Assembly (NCBI GenBank): GCA_904374485.1
Contig: CAJFFX010000001.1
Span: 7,333-71,332, forward strand
DNA from: Candidatus Pseudoscillospira falkowii
GTDB taxonomy: Bacteria; Bacillota; Clostridia; Oscillospirales; Oscillospiraceae
Length of the DNA stretch: 64,000 bases
Direction: 5' to 3'
Shown: positions 9,614 through 20,043 of the stretch, in pieces
Position numbering within the stretch: position 1 is the first letter of the stretch
How the letters are laid out: every line of letters begins with the position of its first letter
Notes under the pieces: model-generated
What the model was told of the DNA's origin: nothing
The model's input: the letters and a program-made list of their open reading frames with translations, nothing else
Databases searched by the model: none
Made by a program: the position numbers and the translations under genes

Positions 9614-9666
9614 ATAGTATCGTCCATAATAGCCGTATCATAGTTTTAAGTCGAAGGAATGAAGAT

Positions 9667-10560
9667 ATGGAACTGTTGTCCACCACCTACAATCTGGTTG
9701 TCAGCTATCTGATGACGATCCGGGTCACCGACGTGATTGACATGGCGATCATTGCATTTGTTGTCTACAACATTCTGATCCGCCTTCGTTCTACCACGTC
9801 GGTCCGCATTTTGCAGGGCATTCTGGTGCTGCTGATCATCATGGGGCTGTCGGATTTCCTGGACCTGCGGTGCATCAACTTCCTGCTGGGCCATGCGGTG
9901 GAATGGGGCGTTCTGGCTGTGATCATCATTTTTCAGCCGGAGCTGCGCCGCGGTTTGGAACAGATCGGCAGCAGGACCGGCATCAAGCAGATGTTCATGC
10001 GAGAGGAGTCCGTTCCCGCCATCGAGCAGGCCATCCAGGAAACGGTCGCGGCCTGTTCTGAAATGTCCGCCAGCCACACCGGCGTGCTGCTGGTGTTCGA
10101 GCGGGAGATCCTGCTGGACGATGTGCTGCGCAGCGGCACCAGGATCAATGCCGACGTTACCAGCGAGCTTTTGAAAAATATCTTCTTTATCCACGCGCCC
10201 ATGCACGACGGCGCGGCCATCGTGCGGGAGGGACGGCTGCTGGGCGCGGGCTGCATGCTCCCGCTTTCCAAAAACGTGAACCTGAGCCGGGACCTCGGTA
10301 TGCGCCACCGCGCCGGCATCGGTATCAGCGAAAATTCCGACGCCGTGGTCGTTTTGGTTTCGGAAGAGACCGGCGCGATCTCCGTCGCTGTGGACGGCAA
10401 GCTGCGGCGGCACCTGTCCGCCGAAACGCTGGAGAAATTCCTGCGCAACGAGCTGCTGCCCCAGGGACATGAAGCAGAGCGCCGGCGCGGGCTGCGGGAC
10501 AGTCTGGCCGGGCTGAAGGACAAAATGGTCAGAAATGGAGCGGGCAATGAAAATAAGTAA
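9667..10560 (+). CDS. cdaA: diadenylate cyclase CdaA
   Basis: Three N-terminal TM segments, IFQPELRR, DAC motifs HDGA and GMRHRAG, VSEETGAIS. Confidence 0.96.
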   Translation: MELLSTTYNLVVSYLMTIRVTDVIDMAIIAFVVYNILIRLRSTTSVRILQGILVLLIIMGLSDFLDLRCINFLLGHAVEWGVLAVIIIFQPELRRGLEQIGSRTGIKQMFMREESVPAIEQAIQETVAACSEMSASHTGVLLVFEREILLDDVLRSGTRINADVTSELLKNIFFIHAPMHDGAAIVREGRLLGAGCMLPLSKNVNLSRDLGMRHRAGIGISENSDAVVVLVSEETGAISVAVDGKLRRHLSAETLEKFLRNELLPQGHEAERRRGLRDSLAGLKDKMVRNGAGNENK

Positions 10561-11785
10561 ATCGCAGCGGGCCATCTACATTGCAATATCGATCCTGACG
10601 GCCGTGATCTTCTGGTTCTATGTGGACAACACGGGCTCCAACGAGCGGGATATCCGGCTCTACAATGTGCCGGTGACCTTCGTGGGCGCCGAGGATGAGC
10701 TGGCCGAGCACGGCCTGATGATCGTATCCGGAGACGATGCGGCCATCGACCTGCGCCTGCGCGGCCGGCGGCAGGTCATTTCGCGCATCAACCGGCACAA
10801 TATCGAGATCCAGGTGGACGTGAGCTCGATCCTTTCCACCGGAAGCCACACGCTGAATTATTCCATCTCCTATCCCGACAGCGTGTTATCCAGCTCCGTG
10901 ACCGTCGTGTCAGCCAGCATGTATACTGTCACTATCGTCGTCGACGAGCTGCACACCAAAACGATCGATGTGGTGGCGGATGTGAGCGGTTCTCTGCCGG
11001 ATGGCTATATGCTCCACGAGTGTGCGCTGACGCCTTCGATACTGACGGTCAGCGGCACGGAAGAACAGGTGAACAGCGTGGACCACGCCCTGGTCAAGGT
11101 GACGCTGAACAACACCACCGCGTCTTACAGCGAGTACCTCGGTTATGACCTCATCGATGCCGACGGCAATGTGATCACCAATACGAAGCACCTGCGCTGC
11201 AGCGAGGACAAGGTGCGGGTGGAGCTGCCCATCGTCACGCTGAAGGAAGTGCCGCTGGACTTGGAATTCATCGAGAGCGGCGGGTCGATGGAAAAAGATA
11301 TTTCCTGCACCATTTCGCCCAAGACGATCACCATTTCCGGCGAGGAGTCCACGCTGGAAAAACTCGATAAAATCGTTCTGACGGAGCTCGATCTCTCCCA
11401 GGTGATGGGGGACGATACAATGGAATACGAGATCCCCATCCCCGGCGGATGCTACAATGAAAGCGGAACGGATACCGCTGTGGTAACTATTAAATTCAAT
11501 CATATGCAGACGAAAACCCTGGCCTGCTCCAATATCGTTTTCATCAACGAGCCGGAGGGATACACCGCCAGCGCCGTGACCCAGAGCGTCAATGTGACGG
11601 TGCGCGGCAGGGCCTCGGAGCTGGAGAAGGTCACGGAGCAGAACGTCCGGGTCGTGGCAGATCTGTCGGATATGTCCTCATCCAGCGGCGTGTACACTGT
11701 GCGGGCCAAGGTCTATGTGGACGGCGCCGCCGAGGCCGGCGCCATCGGCACCTATCAGATCGGCTGCCGCCTGCAGAGATCATAA
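10547..11785 (+). CDS. cdaR: CdaR/YbbR-domain regulator of CdaA
   Basis: Single N-terminal TM (SILTAVIFWFYV), repeated P..LTVSG/P..ITISG YbbR-type domains; directly after cdaA. Confidence 0.85.
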   Translation: MKISKSQRAIYIAISILTAVIFWFYVDNTGSNERDIRLYNVPVTFVGAEDELAEHGLMIVSGDDAAIDLRLRGRRQVISRINRHNIEIQVDVSSILSTGSHTLNYSISYPDSVLSSSVTVVSASMYTVTIVVDELHTKTIDVVADVSGSLPDGYMLHECALTPSILTVSGTEEQVNSVDHALVKVTLNNTTASYSEYLGYDLIDADGNVITNTKHLRCSEDKVRVELPIVTLKEVPLDLEFIESGGSMEKDISCTISPKTITISGEESTLEKLDKIVLTELDLSQVMGDDTMEYEIPIPGGCYNESGTDTAVVTIKFNHMQTKTLACSNIVFINEPEGYTASAVTQSVNVTVRGRASELEKVTEQNVRVVADLSDMSSSSGVYTVRAKVYVDGAAEAGAIGTYQIGCRLQRS

Positions 11786-11803
11786 TGCAAGAATAAGGAA
11801 TGA

Positions 11804-12223
11804 GTGACTATGGTTCAAATTGCAACGGTCGAACGCCTGCTCGACCATGATCGGGCAGAGGTCTCTGTGCCCCGGAAATCCGCCTGCGCCCACGATTGCT
11901 CCGAATGCGCCGGCTGCGGCACCACGGGCTACCCGGTATATGCGGTGGCGGCAAATCCGATCCACGCCGTGCCGGGGGACAAGGTGGTCATCGAAAGCAG
12001 CACCAAAAAAGTCATGGGTGTCGTGGCCTTGGTCTATGTGCTGCCCTTTGTCTGTTTCTTCCTGGGCTATGCCCTGGGCGCAGCCGTTTTCCATTTGGGC
12101 GACATGGCCAGCGGCGTTGTGGGGGCGGTCTTTTTCGCCCTGGGCCTGATCCCGGCGTTCCTGTATAACCGCTACGCGAAAAAGAGCGGCACGCTGGAGT
12201 ATCACATCGTGCGCCTGTTTTGA
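11804..12223 (+). CDS. RseC/MucC-family membrane protein
   Basis: RKSACAHDCSECAGC cysteine cluster, ANPIHAVPGDKV, two TM helices. Confidence 0.8.
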   Translation: MTMVQIATVERLLDHDRAEVSVPRKSACAHDCSECAGCGTTGYPVYAVAANPIHAVPGDKVVIESSTKKVMGVVALVYVLPFVCFFLGYALGAAVFHLGDMASGVVGAVFFALGLIPAFLYNRYAKKSGTLEYHIVRLF

Positions 12224-12235
12224 CGGGATCCTTCG

Positions 12236-13147
12236 ATGTTCGGATATGTTCGTCCCGTTCTGGAAAAGCTTTCCCCGGAGGAGCAGGACCGGTTCCAATC
12301 CGTCTACTGCGGCCTCTGCCATGCGCTCGGGCAGGAGTACGGCCCCTGGGCACGGCTGATCCTGAATTACGACTTCACCTTCCTGGCGCTGGTGCTGATG
12401 GAGGGGGAGGAATGCACCGCATCCTTCCGCTGCCCCTGCAAACGCTTTTGCTGGAAAACGCGGGTGGAAGATGCGCCTGCGCTGCGCCTGGCGGCGGATG
12501 ACTCGGTGATTTTGACCTATTGGAAGCTGCGCGACGAAGTCAGCGACCGCTCGTTTTGGCGCGGTCTTGGGTACCGGGCGCTGGCTTTCCTGATGCGCCC
12601 GGCCTACCGAAAAGCGGCCGCCAGACAGCCGCGCTTTGCCGAGACAACGGAAACGCGCCTGGCGGAGCTTCGGGAGATGGAGCGGTCCTGCATCCCGTCT
12701 ATCGACCGCCCGGCGGACGCCTTCGCGTCGATCCTGGCCGCCGCGGTTTCCTCTGTGGAGGATGCGGCGCGCCGCCGGATCCTGGAACAGATGCTCTATC
12801 ACCTGGGGCGCTGGATCTATTTGGTCGACGCGCTGGACGATCTGAAGGAAGACGCCGCTTCCGGCGCCTATAACCCGCTGATCTGCCGCTTTTCCCTGAG
12901 AGACGGCGCGCTGGACGACGATAGCCGCGCGCGGCTGATTGCCACACTGGATCATTCGGTCAATCTGATCACCTCCGCCTATCTGTTGGCGGAGCGGAGC
13001 GTGTGGTCCGGCGTGCTGGAAAACATCATTTATTTCGGCCTTCCGGGCGTCGGACGGCTCGTGCTGGACGGAAAATGGAACCGCTCCGAAACAAGGCGCT
13101 GCTCAGGCGCGGCCCAGGAGAAAGAAAGGATGGAATTTCGCGCATGA
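12236..13147 (+). CDS. DUF5685-family protein
   Basis: [47 protein letters not shown]. Confidence 0.75.
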   Translation: MFGYVRPVLEKLSPEEQDRFQSVYCGLCHALGQEYGPWARLILNYDFTFLALVLMEGEECTASFRCPCKRFCWKTRVEDAPALRLAADDSVILTYWKLRDEVSDRSFWRGLGYRALAFLMRPAYRKAAARQPRFAETTETRLAELREMERSCIPSIDRPADAFASILAAAVSSVEDAARRRILEQMLYHLGRWIYLVDALDDLKEDAASGAYNPLICRFSLRDGALDDDSRARLIATLDHSVNLITSAYLLAERSVWSGVLENIIYFGLPGVGRLVLDGKWNRSETRRCSGAAQEKERMEFRA

Positions 13148-13767
13148 TCACAGATCCCTATAAAATATTGAACGTCAGTCCCGACGCCAGCGACGACGAA
13201 GTCAAAAAGGCCTATCGCGAACTGGCGCGCAAATATCATCCGGATCATTATCACGGAAGCCCCCTGGAAGATATGGCCGAGGAAAAAATGAAAGAGATCA
13301 ACGAGGCCTATGCGATGATCCAGCGGCAGCGCAAAAGCGGCGGATCCCAGCAGCAGGGCGGCCCCTACGGCGGCTATGCCGGCGGCCGGCAGAGCGGCGG
13401 GAGCACGGACCCGCTGTTCCAGCAGATCCGTCTGGCCATCAACCGGGGCGACCTTGTTCAGGCGGAGCGGATGCTCCAGCAGACGGAGCGGCGCACGGCG
13501 GAGTGGCATTTCCTTATGGGCTCCGTTCATTATAAGCGCGGCTGGCTGGATGAAGCCATGCAGGAGTTTGAAATGGCCTGCGGGATGGACCCGGGCAATC
13601 TGGAATACCGCCAGGCCTATGAATATATGCGCAGCGGCGGCGGCGCCTACCGGCCGGAGGGATACGGATCCGGCGGCATGATCAGCTGCAACTGGTGCCA
13701 GAGTCTGATCTGCACCGGCATTGTTTGCAGTATGTGTACGGGCGGCCGCGTTTGGTTTTGCTGTTAA
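13144..13767 (+). CDS. J-domain (DnaJ-like) protein with TPR and Cys-rich C-terminus
   Basis: DPYKILNVS...[14 protein letters not shown]; TPR-like AEWHFLMG...DPGNLEY; C-terminal [17 protein letters not shown]. Confidence 0.88.
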   Translation: MITDPYKILNVSPDASDDEVKKAYRELARKYHPDHYHGSPLEDMAEEKMKEINEAYAMIQRQRKSGGSQQQGGPYGGYAGGRQSGGSTDPLFQQIRLAINRGDLVQAERMLQQTERRTAEWHFLMGSVHYKRGWLDEAMQEFEMACGMDPGNLEYRQAYEYMRSGGGAYRPEGYGSGGMISCNWCQSLICTGIVCSMCTGGRVWFCC

Positions 13768-13788
13768 GGGAAGGGAGCGTTATACGCA

Positions 13789-14667
13789 ATGATTTGTTCA
13801 ATGACCGGCTACGGCCGGGCGAGAGAGACCGTCCATGACCGGGACATCACCGTGGAACTGCGGTCGGTCAACAACCGTTTTCTGGACTGTTCCGTCAAGA
13901 TCCCGCGGGCCTATACGTTCTGTGAGGACGCCATCAAGGCGCGGGTGCAGAAGGCTGTCACCCGCGGCAAAGTGGACGTGTTCGTCACCATCGCCTCCGT
14001 GGGCGCTGAAGCGACGACGGTGGAGGTCCGCCAGGACCTGGCGGAGGGCTATGTGAACGCCCTGCGGAGCCTGGCCCAGCAGTTTGACCTGCAGGACAAG
14101 CTTTCCGTCATGGACATCGCCCGCTTTCCGGACGTGCTGACGGTGACAAAAGCTGAAGAGGATCTGGAAAGCCTCAGTGAAGACATCTGCTGTGTGCTGG
14201 ACCGGGCCCTGGAGGGCTACGCCGCCATGCGGCAGACAGAGGGCGTCAAGCTGCGCGAAGATATTGAAAGCCGCCTGACGACGATCGAAACGCTGACGGC
14301 GGCGGTGGAGGAGCGCTCCCCCCAGACTGTGGCGGAATACCGCGAGCGCCTGGGCGCAAAAATGAAAGAGGTCCTGCAGAGCACGTCGATCGACGAAAAC
14401 CGCATCCTGATGGAAGCGGCCGTCTACGCCGACAAAGTAGCCGTCGATGAAGAAACGGTGCGCCTGCGCAGCCATGTGGCGCAGCTGCGCGCGATGCTGG
14501 AGCAGGGCGGCGTCATCGGCCGCAAGGCGGATTTCCTGATCCAGGAGCTCAACCGCGAGGCCAACACCATCGGTTCCAAATGCTGCGATCTGGAGATCAC
14601 GGAGAAGGTCGTCGCCCTGAAGGCGGAGATCGAAAAGATCCGCGAGCAGATCCAGAACATCGAGTGA
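13789..14667 (+). CDS. yicC: YicC/YloC-family endoribonuclease
   Basis: [49 protein letters not shown]. Confidence 0.95.
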   Translation: MICSMTGYGRARETVHDRDITVELRSVNNRFLDCSVKIPRAYTFCEDAIKARVQKAVTRGKVDVFVTIASVGAEATTVEVRQDLAEGYVNALRSLAQQFDLQDKLSVMDIARFPDVLTVTKAEEDLESLSEDICCVLDRALEGYAAMRQTEGVKLREDIESRLTTIETLTAAVEERSPQTVAEYRERLGAKMKEVLQSTSIDENRILMEAAVYADKVAVDEETVRLRSHVAQLRAMLEQGGVIGRKADFLIQELNREANTIGSKCCDLEITEKVVALKAEIEKIREQIQNIE

Positions 14668-14675
14668 GCGCGGCC

Positions 14676-14945
14676 ATGAAACTGATCAATATCGGCTTTG
14701 GGAACATGATCTCGGACGAGCGGCTGCTGGCTATCGTCGGCGCGGATTCCGCGCCGATCAAGCGCATGATCCAGGACGCCCGGGAGCGCGGCATGCTGGT
14801 GGATGCGACTTATGGGCGCAAAACGAAATCCGTCCTTCTGATGGACAGCGACCATGTGATCCTGGCGGCGATCCCGCCGGAAACCGTCGCCTCCCGCATG
14901 GGGATCGTGGTACAGACATACGATGAAACGGAGGAACAGGAGTGA
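14676..14945 (+). CDS. remA: RemA/DUF370-family protein
   Basis: [27 protein letters not shown]; conserved yicC-remA-gmk-rpoZ order. Confidence 0.92.
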   Translation: MKLINIGFGNMISDERLLAIVGADSAPIKRMIQDARERGMLVDATYGRKTKSVLLMDSDHVILAAIPPETVASRMGIVVQTYDETEEQE

Positions 14946-15610
14946 AACAGGGCAGATTATTTGTCATTTCAGGCCCCTCTGGCGTGGGAAAAAGCACGAT
15001 CCTGAAAGAACTGCTGGCGCGGCAGGAGGATATCTATTTTTCTGTCTCCGCCACGACGCGGCCGCCGCGCCCCGGCGAGGTGGACCATGTACACTACCAT
15101 TTCAATTCCCTGGATGAATTCCGGCGCCTGATCAAAAGCGAAGCCCTATTGGAATGGGCGGAGTATGTGGGAAATTACTACGGAACGCCCGCCAAATATG
15201 TGGACGAAGCGTTGGAGCAGGGAAAGAACGTGATCCTGGACATCGAGGTCCAGGGCGCGAAGCAAGTGGCGGCGAAGCGCCCCAGCGCGGTGCGGATCTT
15301 CATTGCGCCGCCCTCCTGGCCGGAACTGGAGCGCCGCCTGACCGAGCGAGGCACCGACGCGGCCGAGAAGATCCAAAAGCGTCTCGGCAAAGCGCGGGAA
15401 GAATTTGAAAACGCCAAAGAATACGATTACATCGTGGTCAACGATACTGTGGAGCACGCGGTGCTGGAACTGGAAGCGATCATGGTCGCCGAGCACTGCC
15501 GCCCCCAGGAGCGAATCGCGATGATCGAGCGCGCCGGCGCAGCCGATGCGCCGAAGGGGCCGGAGAGCGCCGCGGAAAAGGACGCGGACGAGGCCCGGGA
15601 AACTACTTAA
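14942..15610 (+). CDS. gmk: guanylate kinase
   Basis: [36 protein letters not shown]. Confidence 0.97.
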   Translation: MKQGRLFVISGPSGVGKSTILKELLARQEDIYFSVSATTRPPRPGEVDHVHYHFNSLDEFRRLIKSEALLEWAEYVGNYYGTPAKYVDEALEQGKNVILDIEVQGAKQVAAKRPSAVRIFIAPPSWPELERRLTERGTDAAEKIQKRLGKAREEFENAKEYDYIVVNDTVEHAVLELEAIMVAEHCRPQERIAMIERAGAADAPKGPESAAEKDADEARETT

Positions 15611-15645
15611 AATTTTAGCCGAAACGGCAGATTGGATGATGTTTT

Positions 15646-15960
15646 ATGTTGCTGTATCCTTCTCTTGACTCTCTGAATGATGAGGTCCCGAACCGTTATC
15701 TCCTGGTGAACGTCGTTGCGCGCAAAGCCCGGGAAATCGCGGACGACGCCGAGAATCTCGGCGAGCACCTGACGGAAAAGCCCGTGACGCTGGCGATCAA
15801 CGAAGTGGCCGCCGGCGAGGTCCAGGTGGACCCCGAGGACCTGTACAACGCCCTGAATGCCGACGAGCGGCGGATCCCTTCGTCCCCGGTCCTTTCCTCC
15901 GTCGATCACGACGAGATGGACGAAGACGCTGAGGACGGCGATGGCGCGGAAGAAGAGTGA
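15646..15960 (+). CDS. rpoZ: RNA polymerase omega subunit with acidic C-terminal extension
   Basis: MLLYPSL...NRYLLVNVVARKAREI...KPVTLAINEV; follows gmk. Confidence 0.88.
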   Translation: MLLYPSLDSLNDEVPNRYLLVNVVARKAREIADDAENLGEHLTEKPVTLAINEVAAGEVQVDPEDLYNALNADERRIPSSPVLSSVDHDEMDEDAEDGDGAEEE

Positions 15961-15970
15961 TTTCGCTTCT

Positions 15971-16011
15971 GCTGCAGGCAAGGAACATCGCCCTTGCCTG
16001 CCGCGGCTTTT
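15971..16011 (+). terminator. possible terminator hairpin between rpoZ and priA
   Basis: GCAGGCAAGG-8 nt-CCTTGCCTGC, then GGCTTTTG. Confidence 0.5.
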
Positions 16012-16052
16012 GTATCGGTGAAACAGAACGATCGGAATGAGGGAGAGCGCCG

Positions 16053-18530
16053 GTGGAAACAATCACGTTAGCGCGGATCGCAGTCTCCGCGGCGACTTAT
16101 GGGATCGATAAGCCCTATGCCTATGAAGTGCCGGCGCCCCTCCGGCCGCTGCTGGACCGCGGCGTGCGGGTCCTCGTCCCCTTTGGGCGGGGAAACCGCG
16201 CCGCAGAGGGGATCGTGCTGGAAGTCGGCGACGGAGAAAAGCGGGAGGGTCTGAAATCCGTGATCTCCGTGCTGGACCCAGTGCCTGTGCTGGACCAGAC
16301 GGGGCTCCGTCTGGCCCTGTGGATGCGCGATCGCTATTTCTGCACGGTTTACGACGCTGTGCGCACGATCCTGCCGGCGGGCCTGTGGTTTCGAACACAG
16401 ACGATCTGCCGCCCCTGTGCCGGGATCGACAAAGCGGCGGCCTATCTTGCGGCCATGGAGATCCCCGGTACGGAGCCGCTGCTGGATATCATTTACGCCA
16501 ACGGCGGCGCGGCGGAGGAATCTCTGCTGAAAACGGCCTGCGGCGCCCAAACGGCAGCTCGACTGAACGCGCTGTGCAGCGCCGGCATTCTGTGCCGCGA
16601 GGCGGAGGCCGTCCGCCAGGTGAAGGACGGGAAGATCAAAATGGTCGCGCTGGCCCTGTCGCCGGAGGAGGCCATGACCGCCATTGAGAGCCGCCGGCGG
16701 TCTGCGCCGCTGCAGTACGACGCGGTCAAACTGCTGTGTACCGTCGGCGCGGTGTCCCAGGCGGAGCTGTGCTACTTCACCGGCGCTTCGGCGTCAACGG
16801 TGTCGGCGCTGAAAAAGCGCGGGCTGGTCAAGGTATATGAGGAGGAGAAGCTCCGCATCCACACCGTCTGCGCCGCGCCGGAAGAAGCGCCTGAAATCGT
16901 GCTGAACGAGGAGCAGCAGGCGGCTTACGAGCAGATCGCCGCGGCGATGGAGGAGCGGGCCGCTTCCGTCACCCTGCTCCACGGCGTCACCGGCAGCGGA
17001 AAGACCTTGGTCTATCTCCGCCTGGTGCAGCGCGCGCTGGAACAGGGGAGAACCGCCGTGGTCCTGGTGCCGGAGATCGCGCTCACCCCACAGATGATGC
17101 GGAAATTCACCGCCTATTTCGGCGACCGCGTTGCCATGATCCACAGCGCGCTGCGGGTGACGGAACTGTATGACCAATGGAAGCGCATCGGCCGCGGCGA
17201 AGTGTCCGTGGTCCTGGGAACGCGCAGCGCCATTTTTTCCCCGCTGAAAAATATCGGTCTCGTGATCCTCGACGAGGAACAGGAGGCCTCTTACCAGTCG
17301 GAACAGCCGCCGCGCTACGACGCGCGGGAGATTGCCCGCTATCTGTGTGCGGTCCACGGCGCCGCGCTGGTGCTGGGATCGGCCACGCCGTCGGTGGAAT
17401 CCTATTGGCAGGCCCGCTCCGGGACGTACCGGTGCGCAGTGCTGCGCCGCCGCTATAACCGGAAGCCGCTGCCGGAGGTCGTGTTCGCCGACATGAAGGA
17501 GGAAACGCGCCGCGGCAACGGCGGGATCCTCAGCGCGCCGCTGCGGTTGGAGCTGCAAAAGAATTTTGCCGCCGGAGAGCAGAGCATCCTGCTGCTGAAC
17601 CGCCGGGGAAACAGCAGGATGCTGCTGTGCGGCGAGTGCGGCTATGTGCCCCAGTGCCCCCGCTGCAGCGTCCCGCTGACCTATCACAGCGCCAACGAGC
17701 GCCTGATGTGCCACTACTGCGGCCATACGGAGCCTGCGGCGAATACGTGCCCCGCCTGCAGCGGCCTGATGAAGCGCATCGGGACCGGCACCCAGAAGGC
17801 GGAGGAGGAACTCCGGGCCCTGTATCCGGAGGTGGAAGTCCTGCGGATGGACGCGGATACCGTGGCGGCCAAGGGCGGCCACGAAAAGATCCTGCGTCGA
17901 TTTGCAAAGAAAAACGTTCCGATCCTGCTGGGCACGCAGATGGTGGCCAAGGGCCTGGATTTCGACAATGTGACGCTGGTGGGCGTTTTGTCGGCGGATC
18001 TTTCTTTGTATCTCGACCGCTACAACGCCGCAGAGCGCACCTTCAGCCTGCTGACCCAGGTCGTCGGCCGGGCTGGCCGCGGCGAAAAGCGGGGCAGGGC
18101 CGTGATCCAGACTTATACGCCGGAAAACGAGGTGCTCCAGGCCGCCGCCCGGCAGGATTACGAACAGTTTTATCAAAGCGAGATCCGGATGCGCCGGCTG
18201 CATGAATATCCGCCCTTTTCCGACCTGTTTACCCTGATCGTTTCCGGGGCGGATGAAAGCCGGGTGCTGCGCGCCAGCGCCCTGCTGCGGGACGCCATGC
18301 GCGCGGCGCTGCAGAAAGACAGCGCCTATGCCGGCGAGCATATCCAGATCGTGGGCCCGGCGCCGGCGCCGGTCATCAAAGTCAACAACCGCTATCGATA
18401 CCATCTGTATCTGGTCGCGAAAAACAATAAAACCGTGCGCGGCTTCATTGCCTATTACATCAAAGCTTTCAGCGCCAGCGGGGAGAACCGCGCCCTGAAT
18501 ATCTTTGTCCACTGCAATGCGGCCGATTGA
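16053..18530 (+). CDS. priA: primosomal protein N' (replication restart helicase)
   Basis: GVTGSGKT, VPEIALTPQ, DEEQE, paired CxxC zinc fingers, GTQMVAKGLDF, QVVGRAGR. Confidence 0.97.
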   Translation: METITLARIAVSAATYGIDKPYAYEVPAPLRPLLDRGVRVLVPFGRGNRAAEGIVLEVGDGEKREGLKSVISVLDPVPVLDQTGLRLALWMRDRYFCTVYDAVRTILPAGLWFRTQTICRPCAGIDKAAAYLAAMEIPGTEPLLDIIYANGGAAEESLLKTACGAQTAARLNALCSAGILCREAEAVRQVKDGKIKMVALALSPEEAMTAIESRRRSAPLQYDAVKLLCTVGAVSQAELCYFTGASASTVSALKKRGLVKVYEEEKLRIHTVCAAPEEAPEIVLNEEQQAAYEQIAAAMEERAASVTLLHGVTGSGKTLVYLRLVQRALEQGRTAVVLVPEIALTPQMMRKFTAYFGDRVAMIHSALRVTELYDQWKRIGRGEVSVVLGTRSAIFSPLKNIGLVILDEEQEASYQSEQPPRYDAREIARYLCAVHGAALVLGSATPSVESYWQARSGTYRCAVLRRRYNRKPLPEVVFADMKEETRRGNGGILSAPLRLELQKNFAAGEQSILLLNRRGNSRMLLCGECGYVPQCPRCSVPLTYHSANERLMCHYCGHTEPAANTCPACSGLMKRIGTGTQKAEEELRALYPEVEVLRMDADTVAAKGGHEKILRRFAKKNVPILLGTQMVAKGLDFDNVTLVGVLSADLSLYLDRYNAAERTFSLLTQVVGRAGRGEKRGRAVIQTYTPENEVLQAAARQDYEQFYQSEIRMRRLHEYPPFSDLFTLIVSGADESRVLRASALLRDAMRAALQKDSAYAGEHIQIVGPAPAPVIKVNNRYRYHLYLVAKNNKTVRGFIAYYIKAFSASGENRALNIFVHCNAAD

Positions 18531-18551
18531 ACACCGAAGGAGGAATCTGCA

Positions 18552-19100
18552 ATGGCATTGAGAACGATCGTGAAGAAGGGCGATCCGATCCTGAATAAGA
18601 AATGCAGGACCGTGACAGAGTATAACGAACGTCTGCACATCCTGCTCGACGACATGAAGGAAACGCTGGCCGACGCCGACGGCGCCGGTCTGGCCGCGCC
18701 CCAGGTGGGCGTCATGCGCCGCGTGTGCATCGTCATCGGCAACGACGGCAATATGATCGAGCTGGTCAACCCTGAGATCATCGACAGCGACGGTGAACAG
18801 ACCGGCCCGGAGGGCTGCCTGAGCCTGCCCGGCCGGTTCGGCATGGTCACCCGCCCGAACCATGTGCGGGTGCGGGCCAACGACCGCGACGGCAACGTGT
18901 TCGAGGTCGAGGGTACGGAATTGTCTGCCCGCTGCTTCTGCCACGAGATCGAGCATCTGGACGGCCACCTCTTTGACGAGCATGTCGACCATTTCCTGAC
19001 CCAGGAAGAGCTGGAAGCCTATTACGCCCAGCAGGAAGAGGAATGGGACGATCTGCCGGAAGAAGACGAAGGGGCCGGAGAGAAGGGGCCGGAGGCATGA
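18552..19100 (+). CDS. def: peptide deformylase
   Basis: GAGLAAPQVG, EGCLS, HEIEHLDG. Confidence 0.97.
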   Translation: MALRTIVKKGDPILNKKCRTVTEYNERLHILLDDMKETLADADGAGLAAPQVGVMRRVCIVIGNDGNMIELVNPEIIDSDGEQTGPEGCLSLPGRFGMVTRPNHVRVRANDRDGNVFEVEGTELSARCFCHEIEHLDGHLFDEHVDHFLTQEELEAYYAQQEEEWDDLPEEDEGAGEKGPEA

Positions 19101-20020
19101 GGATCCTGTTTATGGGCACGCCGGAGTTTGCGGTGCCCTCCCTGCGGCAGCTGGTGGAGGACGGGCACGAGGTGTGCGGCGTGTTTACCCAGCCCGATAA
19201 GCCCAAGAACCGGGGCCATAAAATGAGCTTTTCCCCGGTGAAGGAATATGCCCTCAGCCAGGGCCTGGCGGTTTATCAGCCCCTGAAAATGCGGGATGGG
19301 GAGGCTTTTTCCATCGTACAGCAGCTTGCGCCGGAGCTCATTGTCGTCGCGGCCTACGGAAAGATCCTGCCCGACGATATTTTGGAATTTCCCCGCTGCG
19401 GCGCCATCAACGTCCATTCCTCCGTTCTGCCCCGATACCGCGGCGCGGCGCCCATCAATTGGGCGATCCTGAACGGGGAAGAGGAGACCGGCGTCACCAT
19501 TATGTACATGGCTTCCGAGCTGGACGCCGGCGACATCATCAAAGTGGAAAAAACGAAGATCGGCGCCGATGAGACTGCCGGCGAGCTGACGGAGCGGCTT
19601 TCCCATCTGGGCGCCCGGGCGCTTCACGAAGCCGTGGAGGAGATCGCCGCCGGGACGGCGGCGCGCATTCCCCAGGAGCACGACAAGTCCACATACGCGC
19701 CCATGCTGAGCAAAGAATTGTCCAATGTCGATTGGAACAGGACCGCCCACGAGATCCATTGCCAGATCCGCGGCCTGCTGCCTTGGCCCGCCGCCACGAC
19801 GACGCTGTTTTCCGATGCGCCGATGAAGCTTTACCGGGCCGAAGAGACCGGCGAAAAGAGCGCCAAGCCCGCCGGGAGCATCGTCAGCGCGGACAAAAAG
19901 GGCATCGCCGTCGCCTGCGGCGACGGGAGCATCCTCCGCATCACCGAGGTGCAGGCCGCCGGCGGAAAGCGCATGAGCGCCGCGGCCTATCTTCTGGGGC
20001 ACCCGATCAAACCGTCCTGA
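19097..20020 (+). CDS. fmt: methionyl-tRNA formyltransferase
   Basis: MRILFMGTPEFA, TQPDKP, NVHSSVLPRYRGAAP, LDAGDII; GGAGG RBS at 19091. Confidence 0.97.
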   Translation: MRILFMGTPEFAVPSLRQLVEDGHEVCGVFTQPDKPKNRGHKMSFSPVKEYALSQGLAVYQPLKMRDGEAFSIVQQLAPELIVVAAYGKILPDDILEFPRCGAINVHSSVLPRYRGAAPINWAILNGEEETGVTIMYMASELDAGDIIKVEKTKIGADETAGELTERLSHLGARALHEAVEEIAAGTAARIPQEHDKSTYAPMLSKELSNVDWNRTAHEIHCQIRGLLPWPAATTTLFSDAPMKLYRAEETGEKSAKPAGSIVSADKKGIAVACGDGSILRITEVQAAGGKRMSAAAYLLGHPIKPS

Positions 20021-20043
20021 ATGAACGATGAAAGGTTGATACT

